A DNA stretch of 56,313 bases from Prorocentrum cordatum. Taxonomy: Eukaryota. The stretch's first letter is position 1, and each line of letters starts with the position of its first letter. Under the pieces are notes generated by a model. The model made no database searches, was not told the origin of the DNA, and was given only the letters and a program-made list of their open reading frames with translations. The stretch lies in the NCBI GenBank assembly GCA_963575745.1, contig CAUYUJ010000097.1:62001-118313 (forward strand), given 5' to 3'. The position numbers were made by a program, and so were the translations under genes. Positions 53,532 to 56,313 of the stretch are shown in pieces.

Positions 53532-56100
53532 CGATATGCTCCTACACATCGCTGTTAGGTTTGGCTTTGCCGGGATAAATGTTTACCTAACATTTGTTTG
53601 CTGATAGTTTTCTAAGTGGGATCAAAAGAATGCATCTTGACGGCCCAGGGGGTTTGGGCGGGATCCGGACAGTATCCGCCCCAGATCCCGGCAATCCCCC
53701 AGGAAGTTTAGGAAGCTTGAGAAATTCTCAGGAAACCTTATGAATCCATTCCCAGAACACCACTCCCTGGCCACATTTTGACTGCCCGGAGCGAACTGTA
53801 AGCCAATTCGTGTTCTTCGTGTTCCCAGAACACCACTCCCAGGCCACATTTTGATTGCCTGATGCTGGGGCAGGCTGAGGCTGAGGCTGATGCTGAGGCA
53901 GGCTGAGGCTGAGGCTGAGGCTGATGCAGGGTGAGGCTGAGGCAGGCTGAGGCTGAGGCCGAGGCTGAAGGCAGACTGATGCGACTACGACTGCGAGAGC
54001 AGCAGAATTCTACAACTGGATTACCATCTGAATCTGAAGGGGAATGCTTCCAGATATGCTCCTACACATCGCTGTTCGGTTGCTTTGCCGGGATAATGTT
54101 ACCTAACAGTTGTTGTTGATAGGTTTCTAGTGGGATCAAAAGAATGCATCTTGACGCCCCAGGGGGGTTTGGGCGGGATCCGGACAGATCCGCCCAGATC
54201 CGGCAGCCCCAGGAATTCTTAGGAAGCCTTGAGAATTCTCAGGAAACCTTATGAATCCATTCCCAGAACACCACTCCCAGGCCACATTTTGACTGCCCGG
54301 AGCGAACTGTAAGCCAATTCGTGTTCTTCGTGTTCCCAGAACACCACTCCCAGGCCACATTTTGATTGCCTGATGCTGGGGCAGGCTGAGGCTGAGGCTG
54401 AGGCTGAGGCAGGCTGAGGCTGAGGCAGACTGAGCTGAGGCCGAGGCAGGCTCAGGGCCGAGGCGGCTAAGGCTGAGGCAGGCTGAGCTGAGCCGAGGCG
54501 GGCTATAAGGCTGAGGCTGAGGCTGAGGCAGGCTGAGGCTGAGGCAGGCTGAGGCTGAGGCCGAGGCTGAAGGCAGACTGAGGCTGAGGCTGAGGCAGGC
54601 TTAGGCTGAGGCTGAGGCTGAGGCAGGCTGAGGCTGATGCTGAGGCAGGCTGAGGCTGAGGCTGAGGCTGATGCAGGCTGAGGCTGAGGCAGGCTGAGGC
54701 TGAGGCCGAGGCTGAAGGCAGACTGTTGCTGAGGCTGACGCAGGCTGAGGCTGAGGCTGAGGCAGGCTGAGGCTGAGGCAGGCTGAGGCTGAGAGTTTGA
54801 CGCTGGAGGCTGGGGCAGGCTGCGGCTGAGGCTGAGGGTCTGTGAGGCAGGCTGAGGCTGAAGGCTGTGTTGAGGCTGAGGCAGGCTGATGCTGAGGCAG
54901 GCTGAGGCTGAGGCTGATGCAGGCTGAGGCTGAGGCAGGCTGAGGCTGAGGCCGAGGCTGAAGGCAGACTGAGGCTGAGGCTGAAGCAGGCTGAGGCTGA
55001 GGCTGAGGCAGGCTGCGGCTGAGGCTGAGGCAGGCTGATGCTGAGGCAGGCTGAGGCTGAGGCTGAGGCTGCAGGTGCTGATGCTGAGGGCAAGGGCTGC
55101 GGTGCTGAGGAGGCTGAGGCTGATGCTGATGCAAGCTGGAGGTGCTGATGCAAGCTGGAGCTGAGCTGAGGCAGGCTGAGGCTTCGCCCTAGGCAGGCCG
55201 GGCGAGCTGAGGCAGGCTGAGGCTGAGGCTGATGCTGAGGCAGGTTGCGGCTGAGGCAGGCTGAGGCCGATGCTGAGGCAAGCTGAGGCTGAGGCAGGTT
55301 GGAGCTGAGGCTGAGGCAGGCTGAGGCTGAACCCGAGGCAGGCTGAGGCTGAGGCTGAAGCTGAGGCAGGCTGAGGCTGTGGCTGCGGCTGAGGCTGAGG
55401 CAGGCTGAGGCTGAGGCAGGCTGAGGCTGAGGCTGAGGCAGGTCGAGGCTGAGGCCGAAGCAGGCTGAGGCTGCGGCTGAGGCCGAGCCTGAGGCTGTGG
55501 CTGAGGCAGTGGCAGAGGCTGAGGCTGAGGCTGGGGCTGAGGCTGAGGCTGAGGCCGAGGCAGGCTGAGGCTGAGGCCGAGGTAAGCCGAGGCAGGCTGA
55601 GGCTGAGGCTGAGGCTGATGCTGAGGCAGGCTGAGGCTGAGACAGGCTGGGGCTGAGGCCGAGGCAAGCCGAGGCAGGATGAGGCTGAGGCTGATGCTGA
55701 GGCAGGCTGAGGCTGAGACAGGCTGAGACTGAGGCTGAGGCAGGCTGAGGCTGAGGCAGGCTGAGGCCGAGGCCGAGGCAGGCGAATCCTTCGGAAGCCT
55801 TCGGATACCATAGGAATCCGTAGGAATCGTTAGGGGCCCCTAGGAACCAGGATCCTTGAGGATTCTCCAGGTGTCCTATGGATTCCTAAGGATGCCCAAG
55901 GATGCCTTAGGAATCCCTAGGAACCCTTTGGATCCCATTGGATCCTAAGGCCGTTGCCACTGCGACTGTCATCGCGAATGCGACTGCGACTGCGAAAACA
56001 ACCGAATTCTACAACTGGACTACCATCTGAACATTAAGGGGGATGCTTCCAGATATGCTTCTACACATCGCTGTTAGGCTGCTGTGCCAGGATATGTTTT
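53532..56100. repeat. Complex tandem repeat containing a length-variable (GCTGAG)n satellite
   Basis: Unit start gatatgctYctacacatcgctgtt at about 53533, 54053 and 56052. The hexamer array is about 110 bp in unit 1 and about 1.4 kb (54380-55783) in unit 2. Confidence 0.85.
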
Positions 56101-56104
56101 CTCG

Positions 56105-56313
56105 AGCGCTGTGCGCTGCCAGCTATTCATGTGTTTTGGCATTATCCAGCGCTTTGCGCTGCTCCGCTTTGCGCTGCTCCTATCCCCCCAGCGCGCGCGC
56201 TGTTCCCCTTCCAGCGCTTCTGGCGCTATCCAGCGCTTTGCGCTGCTCCTCCCCCCTCCAGCGCTTTGCGTTGCCCCTCCCCCCAGCGCCTGCGCTGTTC
56301 CCCCACCAGCGCT
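56105..56313. repeat. CCAGCGCTTTGCGCTGCTCC-like minisatellite
   Basis: Direct reading. Confidence 0.7.

Noticed and set aside
54249..55811. 520-aa ORF and overlapping ORFs
   Set aside because: Translations of the stop-free (GCTGAG)n satellite.

Overview
Eukaryotic, GC-rich, repeat-dense DNA, most likely from a dinoflagellate (inferred from relics of the 22-nt dinoflagellate spliced leader in front of genes, intron style and retroelement types). Most of the long ORFs in the track are microsatellite or antisense artefacts. There are four real blocks. (1) 607-12366: a co-oriented + strand cluster containing a DNMT5-like C5 cytosine methyltransferase, broken only by a 17-bp tandem duplication, and a large intron-containing CxxC/AT-hook protein with one premature stop. 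(2) 15656-27550: a single 11.9-kb degenerate LINE bounded by a perfect 12-bp target-site duplication (CCCATCCACCTC). Its 5' half is inverted in the twin-priming geometry. The reconstructed order is ORF1 - RNase H - APE endonuclease - RT - Zn finger - methyltransferase-like domain. (3) 34493-45938: four copies or fragments of intronless genes for probably secreted proteins with a variable N-terminal domain, a Pro/Thr stalk and a conserved GDPH (VWD/ITIH-type autoproteolysis-like) C-terminal domain. (4) Many non-autonomous DNA elements (a 4.3-kb CAGGG-TIR element, a 5-kb TIR element, MITEs, Helitron2-like short elements) and satellites. No rRNA, tRNA or CRISPR array was recognised. All domain calls are by eye from motifs; no database search was run.
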